From assembly GCA_031961585.1 (NCBI GenBank), contig JAVRLJ010000001.1:1-57088 (forward strand): a DNA stretch of 57,088 bases, in the 5' to 3' direction. The position numbers were made by a program, and so were the translations under genes. The notes under the pieces are model-generated. The model did not search any database. It worked only from the letters and a program-made list of their open reading frames with translations, and was not told the origin of the DNA. This DNA is from Thermoplasmatota archaeon (GTDB lineage: Archaea > Thermoplasmatota > Thermoplasmata > Thermoplasmatales > ARK-15). Of the stretch, positions 46,652 through 57,088 are shown piece by piece (within the stretch, counting starts at the first letter, position 1; each line of letters opens with the position of its first letter).

Positions 46652-48118
46652 ATGCCTGAAAGAAAGGATTATCTTTACAGGCTATCAAAGCTTGAAGAGT
46701 TAAATTCATTGGGCATAAATCCCTATCCAAATTCCTATAATATAACAAATGAAATAGGTGAAATAGTGAAGGATCCTGAATCCTTCATGAACAGGGATGT
46801 GAGAATTGCGGGAAGAATAATGGCATTGCGTTTTCATGGTAAGGTTGGATTTGGTGATCTTGTTCAGGATCAGGAAAGGATACAGCTTTTCCTCAAATTT
46901 GATGTTTTGAATGAAAGGTACAATTTTTTTAAAAAGTACATTGACAAAGGGGATATTGTTGGTGTATCCGGCACTGTTGTGAGAACTGAAAAGGGTGAAT
47001 TGAGCATACTTGTGAAAGATTTTTCAATTCTTTCAAAATCCCTGTATGATTTACCCCATACATGGTTTGGTATAGAGGATGTTGAAACAAGGTACAGGCA
47101 GAGATACCTTGACCTTATCCTTAACAGGGATGTTTTTGAAATATTCAGGAAGAGGAGTAAAATTGTTTCCGAAATAAGAAGGTTCCTTGAAAGCAGGGGT
47201 TTTCTTGAATTCGAGACACCAATTTTACAGCCAGTTTATGGTGGTGCAAACGCAAAGCCGTTCATAACACGTGTTAATGCCATAGACAGAAATTTTTACC
47301 TTAGAATATCTGATGAACTTTACCTTAAAAGGTTGCTGGTTGGTGGATTCTCAAAGGTCTTTGAGATCGGAAAGGATTTCAGGAATGAGGATATAGATTC
47401 AAAACACAACCCTGAATTCACAATGATAGAGATATATGAAGCGTATAAGGATTACAACGATATGATGGATTTAACTGAAGAATTGATAAAACACCTTGCC
47501 CAAAAGGTAAACAATAGTTTAAAATTGAATTTGAATGGTAGGGAAATTGACATATCGGGTAAATGGAAAAGGAAACCAATGATGGAAATGCTCAGTGAAG
47601 CGGGAATAGATGTTGAAAAGTTGAGTGATGAAGATATAAAGAAAATGCTTGATGATTATGGAATAAAGATGCCTGTTTTTGTCAGGGGAATTGCAATTAC
47701 GAAAATATTCGAACAAATATGGGAGGAGAAGCTTATAGAGCCAACCTTTGTTATAGATTATCCAAAAGAAAGTACACCCCTGTGCAAACTACACAGGAAC
47801 AATAAAGATCTTGTTGAAAGGTTTGAGTTATTCATTAATGGTATTGAGATAGCGAATGGTTATACTGAACTTAACGATCCTGTTTTGCAGGAGAGATTTT
47901 TGAAAGAGGAAATGGAAAGGAGAACGCTTGGTGATGAGGAAGCACAGCAGATGGACTACGATTTTGTTGAGGCATTAAGGGTAGGTATGCCTATAGCGGG
48001 TGGTGTTGGTATTGGCATAGACAGAATAACAATGATACTCACGGGTGCAAAAAGCATAAAGGAAGTTATTCTATATCCAATACTTGCACCAAGGGAAGAT
48101 GGAAAAAGCAATATATGA
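46652..48118 (+). CDS. lysS: Lysyl-tRNA synthetase, class II
   Basis: OB-fold N-domain; motif 2 FRNEDIDSKHNPEFTMIE; motif 3 GGVGIGIDRITMILTG. 488 aa. Confidence 0.95.
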   Translation: MPERKDYLYRLSKLEELNSLGINPYPNSYNITNEIGEIVKDPESFMNRDVRIAGRIMALRFHGKVGFGDLVQDQERIQLFLKFDVLNERYNFFKKYIDKGDIVGVSGTVVRTEKGELSILVKDFSILSKSLYDLPHTWFGIEDVETRYRQRYLDLILNRDVFEIFRKRSKIVSEIRRFLESRGFLEFETPILQPVYGGANAKPFITRVNAIDRNFYLRISDELYLKRLLVGGFSKVFEIGKDFRNEDIDSKHNPEFTMIEIYEAYKDYNDMMDLTEELIKHLAQKVNNSLKLNLNGREIDISGKWKRKPMMEMLSEAGIDVEKLSDEDIKKMLDDYGIKMPVFVRGIAITKIFEQIWEEKLIEPTFVIDYPKESTPLCKLHRNNKDLVERFELFINGIEIANGYTELNDPVLQERFLKEEMERRTLGDEEAQQMDYDFVEALRVGMPIAGGVGIGIDRITMILTGAKSIKEVILYPILAPREDGKSNI

Positions 48119-48122
48119 TTGA

Positions 48123-48890
48123 ATGATTTCCATTACAATGGCTTTCCTTGAGGTCAGGAACCTTTCAAAGGTATACGGTGTTAACGGTAAAAAGGTTGTT
48201 GCTCTGGAAAACATTTCATTTAAACTTGAAAAAAGGGAATTTTTATCCATTGTTGGCCCCTCAGGATGCGGTAAATCAACACTTTTAAGGATTATTATAG
48301 GTCTTGAAAAGGCAACAACCGGACAGATACTTTATATGGATAAACCAATTGAAGAATCAAAACCGAGGTTTTCAATGGTTTTTCAGAATCCATCTCTTTT
48401 CCCATGGCTAACGGTTCAGCAGAACGTTGAAATAGTTCTTCAACCACTTGGATATTCTAAGGAGGATGCAGGTAAAATTGCAAAAAAGTATCTTTCAATT
48501 GTTGGTCTTGATGGTTTTGAAAACGCATATCCCAAGGAACTGTCTGGTGGAATGAAACAGAGGGTTGGTTTTGCAAGGGCACTTGCGGTGGATCCGGAGG
48601 TTCTCCTAATGGATGAACCATTTTCTTCCGTTGATTCCCTCACCGCCGATGCATTGAGGGAAGAGGTTCTTATGCTCTGGGCCGATCCATCATTGCCACC
48701 AGATTCAATTATACTTGTAACACATAACATAGATGAGGCGGTTTTAATGAGCGATAGAATATTGATATTGAGCCCAAGACCAGGGAGGATTGTTGAGGAT
48801 TTCAAGGTAAACCTTCCAAGACCAAGGAACAGAAAGGATCCTGAATTTTACAATGCTGTGGATCGGGTTATTTCAATACTCTCAAGGTGA
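48123..48890 (+). CDS. ABC transporter ATP-binding protein (NitT/TauT family)
   Basis: [37 protein letters not shown]. Alternative start at ATG 48138 (MAFLEVRNL). Confidence 0.9.
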   Translation: MISITMAFLEVRNLSKVYGVNGKKVVALENISFKLEKREFLSIVGPSGCGKSTLLRIIIGLEKATTGQILYMDKPIEESKPRFSMVFQNPSLFPWLTVQQNVEIVLQPLGYSKEDAGKIAKKYLSIVGLDGFENAYPKELSGGMKQRVGFARALAVDPEVLLMDEPFSSVDSLTADALREEVLMLWADPSLPPDSIILVTHNIDEAVLMSDRILILSPRPGRIVEDFKVNLPRPRNRKDPEFYNAVDRVISILSR

Positions 48891-50840
48891 ATTCAATTTT
48901 TTTGCTATTTCCTCAAAGTATTTCAAACTCTCAGGGTTGATTATAGTTTCCCTGTTTGTTACATTCTTTCCATTAACAATGTTCCATACTGCAATTTCCA
49001 CCTTCTTTGCATTGAATGTGTACGGTATGTCAGGTACCTGAAATATGAGATCAGGAACATGCCTCGGTGATGCCTTTGTTCTCAATTCCCTTTTTATTCT
49101 CTCCTCAAGGTCTTTATTTAAAATAATATTGTCCTTTAATTTAACAAAAAGTATAATCCTCTGATCACCCTTGTAGTTCTGTCCAACAACAACACTGTCC
49201 TCAATTTCTGGAATTGATTCAATTACACTGTATATTTCACCAGTTCCAATCCTTACACCTGAAGGTTTTAATGTTGTATCTGATCTTCCAAGGATTGTTA
49301 TACCTCCGGTATCGCTGTGGAATATAACAAAATCACCATGCCTCCATACATTTTTTCCCTTTTCCCTGTAGTAGGAAAAATATGATGATATGTATCTTTC
49401 ATAATTTTCATCATTCCAGAAATATATTGGCATGGATGGTGTGGGGAATTCACAAACGAGTTCACCCACACTGTCATATATTTCATTACCATTCTCATCG
49501 TAAGCCTTTATTTTCATGCCCAAACCTGGTGATTGTAATTCACCGGGATAAACAGGTAGAATTGGTGAACCTATTGCAAAACATCCATTAATATCTGTCC
49601 CTCCTGATATTGAATTAAAATGTAAATCTTTCTTTACATTCTCATAGATCCATTTGAATCCCTCCGGGGAGAGAGGTGATCCTGTCTGTGATATTTCCTT
49701 CAATGATGATAGATCAAAAATTTCTCCAGGCTTTGCATTCACACCCCTTAGATAATTTATATAGGATGCGCTGCAACCGAATACTGTTATTTTATCATTT
49801 TCTATTATTTCCCACATCCTTTTCCAGTCAGGATGATTTGGATTTCCATCATAGAGGATGATTTGTGGTCCAACAGCAAGTGAACTTACAAGCCAGTTCC
49901 ACATCATCCAGCTGGGTGATGTTATATATGTTATTGCATCATTTCTCTTCAAGTCTGAATGTATTATCAATTCCTTAAGATGGTTGATTAAAACACCACC
50001 AACGCTCTGAACCATGGACTTTGGTTTACCTGTTGTTCCAGAAGAAAACATTATGTAAAGGGGATGCGAGAATGGAACCTGAACAAATTCTATTTCATTA
50101 TTCACATATTCAATTTCATTATCATAGATAATTTTATCATCTTTTATTTTTTCCTCACCAATATATGAAAAAATTACAACTTTTTTAAGAGAAATCAAAC
50201 TTTTGGAGAGAGATTTTATGTTTTCCAATAGAGAGTATTTTTTACCTTTGTAATAGTATCCATCAACTGTAAACATTATTTTTGGTTCGATCTGTGAAAA
50301 CCTGTTTTCAATCACACCAGGCCCAAGTTCTGTTCCCGCTGAAGACCATATTGCACCAAGTGATGATGTTGCCAGCATGTAAATTACGGTTTCAGATATG
50401 TTTGGCATATAGCCAACAACTCTATCATTTTCCTTTACTCCAATCTCCTTCAGAAAATTCTGTATCCTCGAAACCTCCCTCCTCAGATTTTCATAGGTGA
50501 TCTCCTTAATCTTACCATTCTCGTTGTAGCTTTTTATTGCAATACCATCTTCATATCTTAAAAGATTTTCAGCAAAGTTTAATTCTGCACCTTTGAACCA
50601 TTCAGCACCTGGAAATTTTACGGGCTTTGAAAGTATTTCATCAAAGTTCCTTGAATATTTGATACCTGTGAAATACCAGACAGATTCCCAGAAATCTTCG
50701 GGTTTTTCTGTGGACCATTTATAAAGATCAAAATAATTCCTGAAATCTTTTGAATACCTTTCATTAACATAATCCATGAACTTTTTAATGTTTGAATTCT
50801 TAATTCTTTCATTATCGGGTTTCCATAGCATTTCCTTCAT
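48882..50840 (-). CDS. Acetoacetyl-CoA synthetase (acetoacetate-CoA ligase, ANL superfamily)
   Basis: N-terminus [22 protein letters not shown]..., AMP-binding motif [14 protein letters not shown], and length of about 650 aa typical of acetoacetate-CoA ligases rather than acetyl-CoA synthetase. Confidence 0.85.
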   Translation of the reverse strand: MKEMLWKPDNERIKNSNIKKFMDYVNERYSKDFRNYFDLYKWSTEKPEDFWESVWYFTGIKYSRNFDEILSKPVKFPGAEWFKGAELNFAENLLRYEDGIAIKSYNENGKIKEITYENLRREVSRIQNFLKEIGVKENDRVVGYMPNISETVIYMLATSSLGAIWSSAGTELGPGVIENRFSQIEPKIMFTVDGYYYKGKKYSLLENIKSLSKSLISLKKVVIFSYIGEEKIKDDKIIYDNEIEYVNNEIEFVQVPFSHPLYIMFSSGTTGKPKSMVQSVGGVLINHLKELIIHSDLKRNDAITYITSPSWMMWNWLVSSLAVGPQIILYDGNPNHPDWKRMWEIIENDKITVFGCSASYINYLRGVNAKPGEIFDLSSLKEISQTGSPLSPEGFKWIYENVKKDLHFNSISGGTDINGCFAIGSPILPVYPGELQSPGLGMKIKAYDENGNEIYDSVGELVCEFPTPSMPIYFWNDENYERYISSYFSYYREKGKNVWRHGDFVIFHSDTGGITILGRSDTTLKPSGVRIGTGEIYSVIESIPEIEDSVVVGQNYKGDQRIILFVKLKDNIILNKDLEERIKRELRTKASPRHVPDLIFQVPDIPYTFNAKKVEIAVWNIVNGKNVTNRETIINPESLKYFEEIAKKLNSP

Positions 50841-50885
50841 TGTTTAAAAATAATGAAAAAAGACTTTATAAATATTTTTTATGTT

Positions 50886-52172
50886 TCAATACAAGAAGCA
50901 GGAAACAAAATGCCCATTACCAGTATCCTTTAACTGCGGTTCCTGTTGATCGTAAAGCTTTACATGTATTTTTTCATTCTCCCTTGTTATTTCCTTGATA
51001 CCGTAGAAAGCCCTTATGTTTGACTCCTTTTTCTCCTTCTCAATTATTGATCTTAAAACCTCAGGATTAACATTTCCTGTGAATTCAAGAATAATATCAG
51101 TATCGCTGAGAATCTCAATGCTCTTTAAACCTGAATTACCCAGTTCGGGATTCCTTTTAGGATCAATGGCAAACCTTAAAGGTTCAACAAGATCCCTTGA
51201 TTCCCAACCGCATTTTTCAAACGCAAACCTGCACCTTGTATGGAATGCACAGCCCTTTGGTGGATTAATGGGGCTTGGTACTTCGCCCTCAAGAATTACC
51301 CTCTGCCTTTTTGTTTTTGGATCAGGTATTGGAACTGCTGAAAGTAAAGCCTGGGTATATGGATGTAATGGATTTTTGAAAATTTCCTTTGTTTCAGCAA
51401 TTTCAACAATTTTACCCAGGTACATTACCATTATTCTATCCGCTATGTGCCTTACAACAAGTATATGGTGTGAGATGAAAAGCATTGTAAGGTTAAAATC
51501 CTTCTTAAGATCATCAAGAAGATTCAGAACCTGTGCCTGAACTGAAACATCAAGTGCTGATGTTGGTTCATCAAGAACAACGAACTTTGGATTAAGCGCT
51601 AATGCCCTTGCAATGGCCACCCTCTGTCTCTGACCGCCCGAAAGTTCATGGGGGAATTTGTTCATATATTCAGGGCCCAATCCAACCTTAATCAAAAGTT
51701 CCTCTGCCCTTTTATAGGCATCCTTTTGTTTCCATCCAAATGTTACCAAAGGCTCAGCTATAATATCCTTTATAAGGTACCTGGGATCAAGAGAGGAATA
51801 GGGATCCTGGAAAACTATCTGTATATCTTTCCTCATTTCCCTTACCTTTTTCTTTGACATATGGTAAAGGGAATATTTTCTGAGTTCCTCGTGGCTTAAT
51901 TTTTCATTGTTCATAACTTTATTCATTATCTCCTGGGGAGGATCTATGAAAAGTTCTCCGCCCGATGGCTCAATTAATCTTAGAAGTAAACGGCCAAGTG
52001 TTGTCTTTCCGCATCCAGATTCACCAACAAGTCCAACAACCTCACCTTTATGTATAACAATATCAACACCGTTCACAGCCTTAACGTAAAGTTTACTTCT
52101 TGAGAACATTCCTGTTTTTAGTTCAAAGAGCTTTTTTAACTGTCTTCCAACTATGAGTGGTTCATTATTCAT
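50886..52172 (-). CDS. oppF: Oligopeptide/dipeptide ABC transporter ATP-binding protein (OppF/DppF-like) with insertions
   Basis: GESGCGKTT, LSGGQRQRV, VVLDEPTSALD, and a C-terminal oligopeptide-ABC Cys motif. GGTGA precedes the ATG. 428 aa (long for the family). Confidence 0.9.
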   Translation of the reverse strand: MNNEPLIVGRQLKKLFELKTGMFSRSKLYVKAVNGVDIVIHKGEVVGLVGESGCGKTTLGRLLLRLIEPSGGELFIDPPQEIMNKVMNNEKLSHEELRKYSLYHMSKKKVREMRKDIQIVFQDPYSSLDPRYLIKDIIAEPLVTFGWKQKDAYKRAEELLIKVGLGPEYMNKFPHELSGGQRQRVAIARALALNPKFVVLDEPTSALDVSVQAQVLNLLDDLKKDFNLTMLFISHHILVVRHIADRIMVMYLGKIVEIAETKEIFKNPLHPYTQALLSAVPIPDPKTKRQRVILEGEVPSPINPPKGCAFHTRCRFAFEKCGWESRDLVEPLRFAIDPKRNPELGNSGLKSIEILSDTDIILEFTGNVNPEVLRSIIEKEKKESNIRAFYGIKEITRENEKIHVKLYDQQEPQLKDTGNGHFVSCFLY

Positions 52173-52181
52173 TTTTTCACC

Positions 52182-53546
52182 TCAGTAGAGCCAGCAGGCA
52201 ACATAATGACCCGGTTCAATTTCCTTCAGGGGAGGTTTTTCCCTTGAGCAAATGTCCATGGCATATTCGCACCTTGGATGGAACTTGCATCCGGATGGGG
52301 GATTTATCATGTTTGGTATACTCCCAGGAATTATATGCAGCTTTGATTTCATTGTTTCTTCCGTTGGTATGGATCTCAGAAGCCCCTGCGTGTATGGATG
52401 CTTAGGATTATAGAATATCTGCATTTTTTCACCGATTTCAACAATGTTTCCTGCGTACATAACAGCAACCCTGTCAGCAACATCAGAAATTACACCAAGA
52501 TCATGGGTGATGAAGAGTATTGACGATGAGGTTCTTTCCTTCAGATCCTTCATGAGGTCAAGTATCTGGGCCTGAATTGTTACATCCAAGGCTGTTGTGG
52601 GTTCATCCGCTATAAGGAGCTTTGGATCGCAGGACATGGCCATGGCTATCATTACCCTCTGTCTCATACCGCCGCTGAGTTCATGGGGAAATGCATTCAG
52701 GAGACTTTCGGGGTTGAAGATATTCACTAACCTTAATAATTCTATAGCCCTTTTCTCAGCTTCTTTTATCAAAGGTTTGTTCAAGTAGCCCTTTAGGCCT
52801 GGGATCCTTCCAATTAATGGATTTTTTCCCTCGGCCACAGCCTTAAGATAATTTATTCTGAACCTTGATAATTTTTTATCATTTTTAAGTTTATCAATTT
52901 CCTCTTCCTTCTGAAGTTGTGTTAGATCAGTTCTGTAAAAAATTGAACTCATCTGCTGTACCATTGCCATTGAAATAGCATCGTTTGAAAATTTTTCCTG
53001 GATCTTTTTGTCTCCGGAGAAAACAGCATTTTTTATTTCCATGAACCTTTCATCACTCAAAGTTTCTCTTGCAAGGATCCTCTGTGCAAGCTGTTTCCTT
53101 TGATGTTCAAGGATTGGTTCGGTTAGCTGATAGCCTATTGATAGGACAGGGTTCAAAGCGGTCATGGGCTCCTGGAATATCATTGCCATTTTTTCTCCGC
53201 GGAATTTATTCAGGAATTCCTGTGTTTTATTGTAAAGTCTTCTTTTAACTTTGAGTTTTGCCCTCTTCCTTTTCTGAACGATTCTAACATCTTTTCCAAC
53301 ATTCTTTGTTAATTCAACACCCTCAAAGTATATTTTACCTTCAACTATGCATCCCTGGGTTGGAGGGATGAGGCCCATTATGGATAATGATGTTACGGAT
53401 TTTCCACAGCCTGTTTCACCAACAAGTCCCAGCGTTTCACCCTCATAAATTTCAAGGTTTACACCATCAAGTGCTTTCACAATGCCCTTCCATGTTACGA
53501 AGTGTGTTTTCAGGTTTTCAACTTTAACAAGTACCTTTCTTTCCAT
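52182..53546 (-). CDS. oppD: Oligopeptide/dipeptide ABC transporter ATP-binding protein (OppD/DppD-like) with insertions
   Basis: GETGCGKS, LSGGMRQRV, LLIADEPTTALD, and C-terminal GCKFHPRCEYAMDIC...HYVAC. 454 aa (long for the family). Confidence 0.9.
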   Translation of the reverse strand: MERKVLVKVENLKTHFVTWKGIVKALDGVNLEIYEGETLGLVGETGCGKSVTSLSIMGLIPPTQGCIVEGKIYFEGVELTKNVGKDVRIVQKRKRAKLKVKRRLYNKTQEFLNKFRGEKMAMIFQEPMTALNPVLSIGYQLTEPILEHQRKQLAQRILARETLSDERFMEIKNAVFSGDKKIQEKFSNDAISMAMVQQMSSIFYRTDLTQLQKEEEIDKLKNDKKLSRFRINYLKAVAEGKNPLIGRIPGLKGYLNKPLIKEAEKRAIELLRLVNIFNPESLLNAFPHELSGGMRQRVMIAMAMSCDPKLLIADEPTTALDVTIQAQILDLMKDLKERTSSSILFITHDLGVISDVADRVAVMYAGNIVEIGEKMQIFYNPKHPYTQGLLRSIPTEETMKSKLHIIPGSIPNMINPPSGCKFHPRCEYAMDICSREKPPLKEIEPGHYVACWLY

Positions 53547-53550
53547 TAAA

Positions 53551-54459
53551 TCACCTTCTCAACCTTGGATCAAGAGCGTCCCTTAAACCATCACCAAGCA
53601 AATTCATTCCAAGAGCGAATATGAGTAATGCAAAACCTGGGAATACGATTGTCCACCAGTCACCCACAATTGCATACTCATAACCTATACTTGAAAGGTA
53701 ACCAAGTTCAGGCATATATGTGTTTGAAGGTGCGAATCCTATGAAGTATAATGTTGCAAGTGTGAGAACTATTGTTGCAAGGTCGAATGAAAATTGAACG
53801 AATATGGGTGCAAATGTATTGGGTAGTATATGCTTTAACATAATTTTTCCATTTTTTACCCCAGATGCCCTCGCTGCCTCAACAAATGTCTGTTCTCTTA
53901 GGGAAAGAACCTGTCCTCTTACAACCCTTGCATAGATCGGCCACCATACTATTATTAGAGCTATTGAGAGAATGAAAAGTGATCTTCCAAGAAATACACC
54001 TACAGCAATTGCAAGAACAAGGTATGGAATGCTAAAGAAAATATCTGTTATACGCATAACAATTTCATCAACCCATCTACCATAATAGGCCGAAACTACA
54101 CCTATGAGAATTCCAAATAGAGCTCCAAGCGTTACAACAAAGACAGCAAAACCTAAATCAATCCTTATGGCCTTCATTATTCCTTGATAAAGATCAATAC
54201 CAGGATATGTTGTACCCAGAGGGTGTCCGGGACCTGGTGGCATTGGGACAGTATTTATGAAATTCGGATAAAGATAGCCAACACTTCCTGTTAAACCAAG
54301 AGCTGCAGGATAAAATTGATCAAGCAATGCAATTATGATATAGGCAATAACAATTATCATGCCTATCAATGATGCTGGACTTTTTAAAAGAATGGACATT
54401 GTGAGTTTGAAATTCTCGATTCTTGGTTTCAAACTTTCCCTGAATGTATATTCAGCCAT
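53551..54459 (-). CDS. oppC: Oligopeptide ABC transporter permease (OppC/DppC-like)
   Basis: Six predicted TM segments, EAA loop EAARASGVKNGKIMLKHILPN, C-terminal DALDPRLR. Confidence 0.9.
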   Translation of the reverse strand: MAEYTFRESLKPRIENFKLTMSILLKSPASLIGMIIVIAYIIIALLDQFYPAALGLTGSVGYLYPNFINTVPMPPGPGHPLGTTYPGIDLYQGIMKAIRIDLGFAVFVVTLGALFGILIGVVSAYYGRWVDEIVMRITDIFFSIPYLVLAIAVGVFLGRSLFILSIALIIVWWPIYARVVRGQVLSLREQTFVEAARASGVKNGKIMLKHILPNTFAPIFVQFSFDLATIVLTLATLYFIGFAPSNTYMPELGYLSSIGYEYAIVGDWWTIVFPGFALLIFALGMNLLGDGLRDALDPRLRR

Positions 54460-54461
54460 CT

Positions 54462-55541
54462 TTATTCACCCAGCCTTATCCTTGGATCAATATATGCATA
54501 GAGTAAATCCACAATGAAATTTGCTGTAACAAGAATAAGACCAAAGAGCAATGTGGATCCCATAATTCCACCCGTATCATAGTTAATCAAAGCCTGAACT
54601 GTCCAATAACCCATTCCAGGATAGTTGAATATTTCCTCTATTACAACAACGCCTCCAAGAAGACCTGCAAATATAAGGCCAAGAACTGTTGTCACAGGTA
54701 TCAATGCATTTTTCCTTGCGTGTTTCTTTATTACAATTTTTTCAGGAATACCCTTTGATCTGGCAGTTTTTACATAATCCTGGTTCATGCTTTCAACCAT
54801 GCTTGCTCTCATGTACCTCATTATGGGCGCGATTGTTGTAAAGGCGAGTGTTGTTGCAGGAAGAATAACATGCCTTAATGCTGAAAAGAAGACAGGTATG
54901 TCTCCATGTATTAAGGCATCAATCATCATAACATGCGTTGGATATGAAATACCATTTTGAACCCAGCTCAGGTTTGCTATAAGGTTTGCGTCAACGGTTC
55001 CTGAAAGGGGCAAAATATCAAGGCTTGGACTTATTGTACCTGTTGCAAAGGCCAGGCTAAGAATCTGCGCAAGCCAGAAAACTGGAAGAGAAATACCTAC
55101 AAATGCAATTACCCTTGTTATCTGATCTGTCAAACTATCTTTTTTAACGCCCGAGACAGTACCTGCTGGAATTCCTATCAGGACAGCAATAATAAATGCA
55201 ACAATGCTGAGTTGTATTGTGTTTGGCAAAAATATTGTAATTGCATCGATAACAGGTCCCGTAAATATTGCGGTTCTTGTGTATCCCCAGTTACCCTGGA
55301 ACAAACTTACAAGGTAATAGTAATATTGTACCCATAATGGGTCGTTAAGGTGGAATTCCTTAACCAGTTCATTATATTGGATCTGATAGGGTATATGTGG
55401 ATTTATATATGAAGAAATTACAAGCTGAATACCACCAGCTCTGCTTAGTGCAAAAACAATCACAGTCAATCCAATAAGCGTTGGTATCAGCATCAATGTT
55501 CTTCTTATCAGGTATGTGGACAGTTTCATTAAACCTGTCAC
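54462..55541 (-). CDS. oppB: Oligopeptide ABC transporter permease (OppB/DppB-like)
   Basis: YLIRRTLMLIPTLIGLTVIVF N-terminus, EAA loop DYVKTARSKGIPEKIVIKKHARKN, C-terminal YIDPRIR. Confidence 0.9.
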   Translation of the reverse strand: MTGLMKLSTYLIRRTLMLIPTLIGLTVIVFALSRAGGIQLVISSYINPHIPYQIQYNELVKEFHLNDPLWVQYYYYLVSLFQGNWGYTRTAIFTGPVIDAITIFLPNTIQLSIVAFIIAVLIGIPAGTVSGVKKDSLTDQITRVIAFVGISLPVFWLAQILSLAFATGTISPSLDILPLSGTVDANLIANLSWVQNGISYPTHVMMIDALIHGDIPVFFSALRHVILPATTLAFTTIAPIMRYMRASMVESMNQDYVKTARSKGIPEKIVIKKHARKNALIPVTTVLGLIFAGLLGGVVVIEEIFNYPGMGYWTVQALINYDTGGIMGSTLLFGLILVTANFIVDLLYAYIDPRIRLGE

Positions 55542-55628
55542 CTTCTTTTAACACCCATAAAATATGGTTTTATTTAAGCATTTCCCATAAATATTTAAAT
55601 AAAAAAATAAAAATAATTTATTAGAAAT

Positions 55629-57088
55629 TTATCCCTTTGTTAAATAGAAGTATAATGTGTCACCGCCACCGCCGATCATTGGGTTCTCCTCATACTGGAC
55701 TCCGTGCAACCATGGAGAATAGAACCAGAATGCATTTTCCTGGTATGTGTAAACGTACAATGTTAGATTCACAGCAATCTGCTCGGCCTGATCGAAGAGG
55801 TGTATTGCAAGTGTTTCATTTGCAGTACTGTCAGCCTGAAGTATCAGATCTGTCATGTTCTTCCATTCCTGTGCTTCCTGCGTGTAACCCCATGCCATTA
55901 GATTGGTGTAATTCCATCCATTTGCTGCCGGATATGTTCCACCCTCCAGGTACATTGCGTTTACGTAATCTGAAGGATATGGATAGTCAGGTGCCCATCC
56001 TAATAGATAGATAGGCATTGGATTTGCACCTGGAACCATGTAACCTATTGTTGCAGAGAATGGCTGATAAACAGGTGATGCATGTACATTTGGATCCATT
56101 GCAGTAAGATTCTGTGCCCACATGCCTGCTGCGGCATAGTCAATAGGATCACCGGCATATATTACTATTGGAATATTTACGCTCTTATTATACATTCCAG
56201 ATTCCATCATGAACTGTTTTGCAAGTGTAAGATTATATACTGGAACATTTGAAAGGTTCTGTGGAGGAACATAGCCAATCATGCCTTTGGGTATTATTCC
56301 GGTGTAATGGAAACCGAAGTTTGCATGGTATATTTTGTTACCAAGTATATAGTCAATATAATCTGTGTAGTTGAATGCATATGCAAATGCCTTTCTGACA
56401 AGAGGATTGGCAAAATAGTTGTATGGCAATTGATACTGGGATCCATAAACACTTTGCATCATTGATACATTAACGTCCCATACAAAGTTAAAGAAGAAGT
56501 TTGAAAGTGTGGGGAAGTAGTATATGCTCAATTTACCCTGTGATTGCAGTGAAGTAGCTATTGGAAAATCTGATGTTGGCAATCCTGTTGTTATATCTGA
56601 CTGACCACTTTCCATCATCAATAATCCTGTTTCAGGATCCTTTACCCACTGTATATATACCTTAAGTGTTGGAACTTTATTGTACCCGGGCACACCAGGG
56701 ATTGGAACAAAGTTAGGATTTGGTGCTAGAACAATTGATTGTCCCGGTAAGTATGATTCAATCATGTAAGGACCTGATCCCATGGTATTCCAGCGCACAT
56801 AGGTATTATAGTTTGCCTCATTCCCAAATTTTGTGTAATCCAAAAATCCTGAGGGTGTAAATTCTATGCCTGCTCCATGCTGTGCAAGCCACTTATAATC
56901 AACGATTCCACTACCAAGCGCATCTGCAACATAATACAGAAATGCCGGATCGGGTTTCAAGAGATGGAATGTTATACTCTGTGTTGCATTGTTGTATGTT
57001 ATAGCGCTTGTTATATTTGTATACAATGATTGTCCACTTGACCAGTTCAATGCCCATCCGCCACCTGGCAAAAGATCCTGTGCAAGGA
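55629..57088 (-). CDS. oppA: Oligopeptide ABC transporter substrate-binding protein (family 5), C-terminal ~486 aa (gene starts beyond the right edge)
   Basis: The frame stays open to position 57088. SGPYMIESYLPGQSIVLAPNPNF and other SBP_bac_5-like segments; first gene of the oppABCDF-order operon on the minus strand. Confidence 0.88.
   Translation of the reverse strand, partial: LAQDLLPGGGWALNWSSGQSLYTNITSAITYNNATQSITFHLLKPDPAFLYYVADALGSGIVDYKWLAQHGAGIEFTPSGFLDYTKFGNEANYNTYVRWNTMGSGPYMIESYLPGQSIVLAPNPNFVPIPGVPGYNKVPTLKVYIQWVKDPETGLLMMESGQSDITTGLPTSDFPIATSLQSQGKLSIYYFPTLSNFFFNFVWDVNVSMMQSVYGSQYQLPYNYFANPLVRKAFAYAFNYTDYIDYILGNKIYHANFGFHYTGIIPKGMIGYVPPQNLSNVPVYNLTLAKQFMMESGMYNKSVNIPIVIYAGDPIDYAAAGMWAQNLTAMDPNVHASPVYQPFSATIGYMVPGANPMPIYLLGWAPDYPYPSDYVNAMYLEGGTYPAANGWNYTNLMAWGYTQEAQEWKNMTDLILQADSTANETLAIHLFDQAEQIAVNLTLYVYTYQENAFWFYSPWLHGVQYEENPMIGGGGDTLYFYLTKG

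Overview
This is a low-GC (by eye mid/upper 30s %, not computed), very gene-dense chromosomal segment of an archaeon. Gene junctions are short or overlapping (ATGA/TAATG), GGTGA/GGAGG ribosome-binding motifs are common, and two of the three tRNAs carry anticodon-loop introns. Archaeal markers are Topo VI B/A, aIF2-gamma, S6e, S3Ae, GatD/GatE, RpoD, archaeal-type ProRS and the S13-S4-S11-RpoD block. Bacterial-type modules are also present: DNA gyrase GyrB/GyrA, class II HMG-CoA reductase, class II LysRS and acetoacetyl-CoA synthetase. Together with an S53 sedolisin-like protease and a 5-gene oligopeptide ABC operon, this suggests (inference only) a Thermoplasmata-like, peptide-using, possibly acidophilic euryarchaeon. 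I call 53 protein-coding genes (2 truncated by the window edges) and 3 tRNAs: Gly-UCC, intron-containing Met-CAU and intron-containing Tyr-GUA. I saw no rRNA, CRISPR array, transposase or integrase. Most of the window is ordinary core genome, and I could not delimit a convincing new multi-gene system such as a defence island. The items most worth follow-up are listed below.
- A heavily sequon-decorated membrane/surface protein ends in a Hedgehog/intein-like Hint module (GGG|C junction).
- A conserved but functionally unassigned DUF5320 - NifX-like - 2x MinD/ferredoxin ATPase cluster sits in a genome context without nitrogenase genes; it carries odd low-complexity tails and a G-quadruplex-type tract.
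- A tRNA-Met has a first nucleotide that is the last base of the rps3ae stop codon.
- The OppD/OppF ATPases carry large insertions.
- A 470-nt structured gap has no annotated gene.
- Several strong inverted repeats lie in promoter regions.
All family assignments come from motif recognition in the supplied translations; no database search was run.
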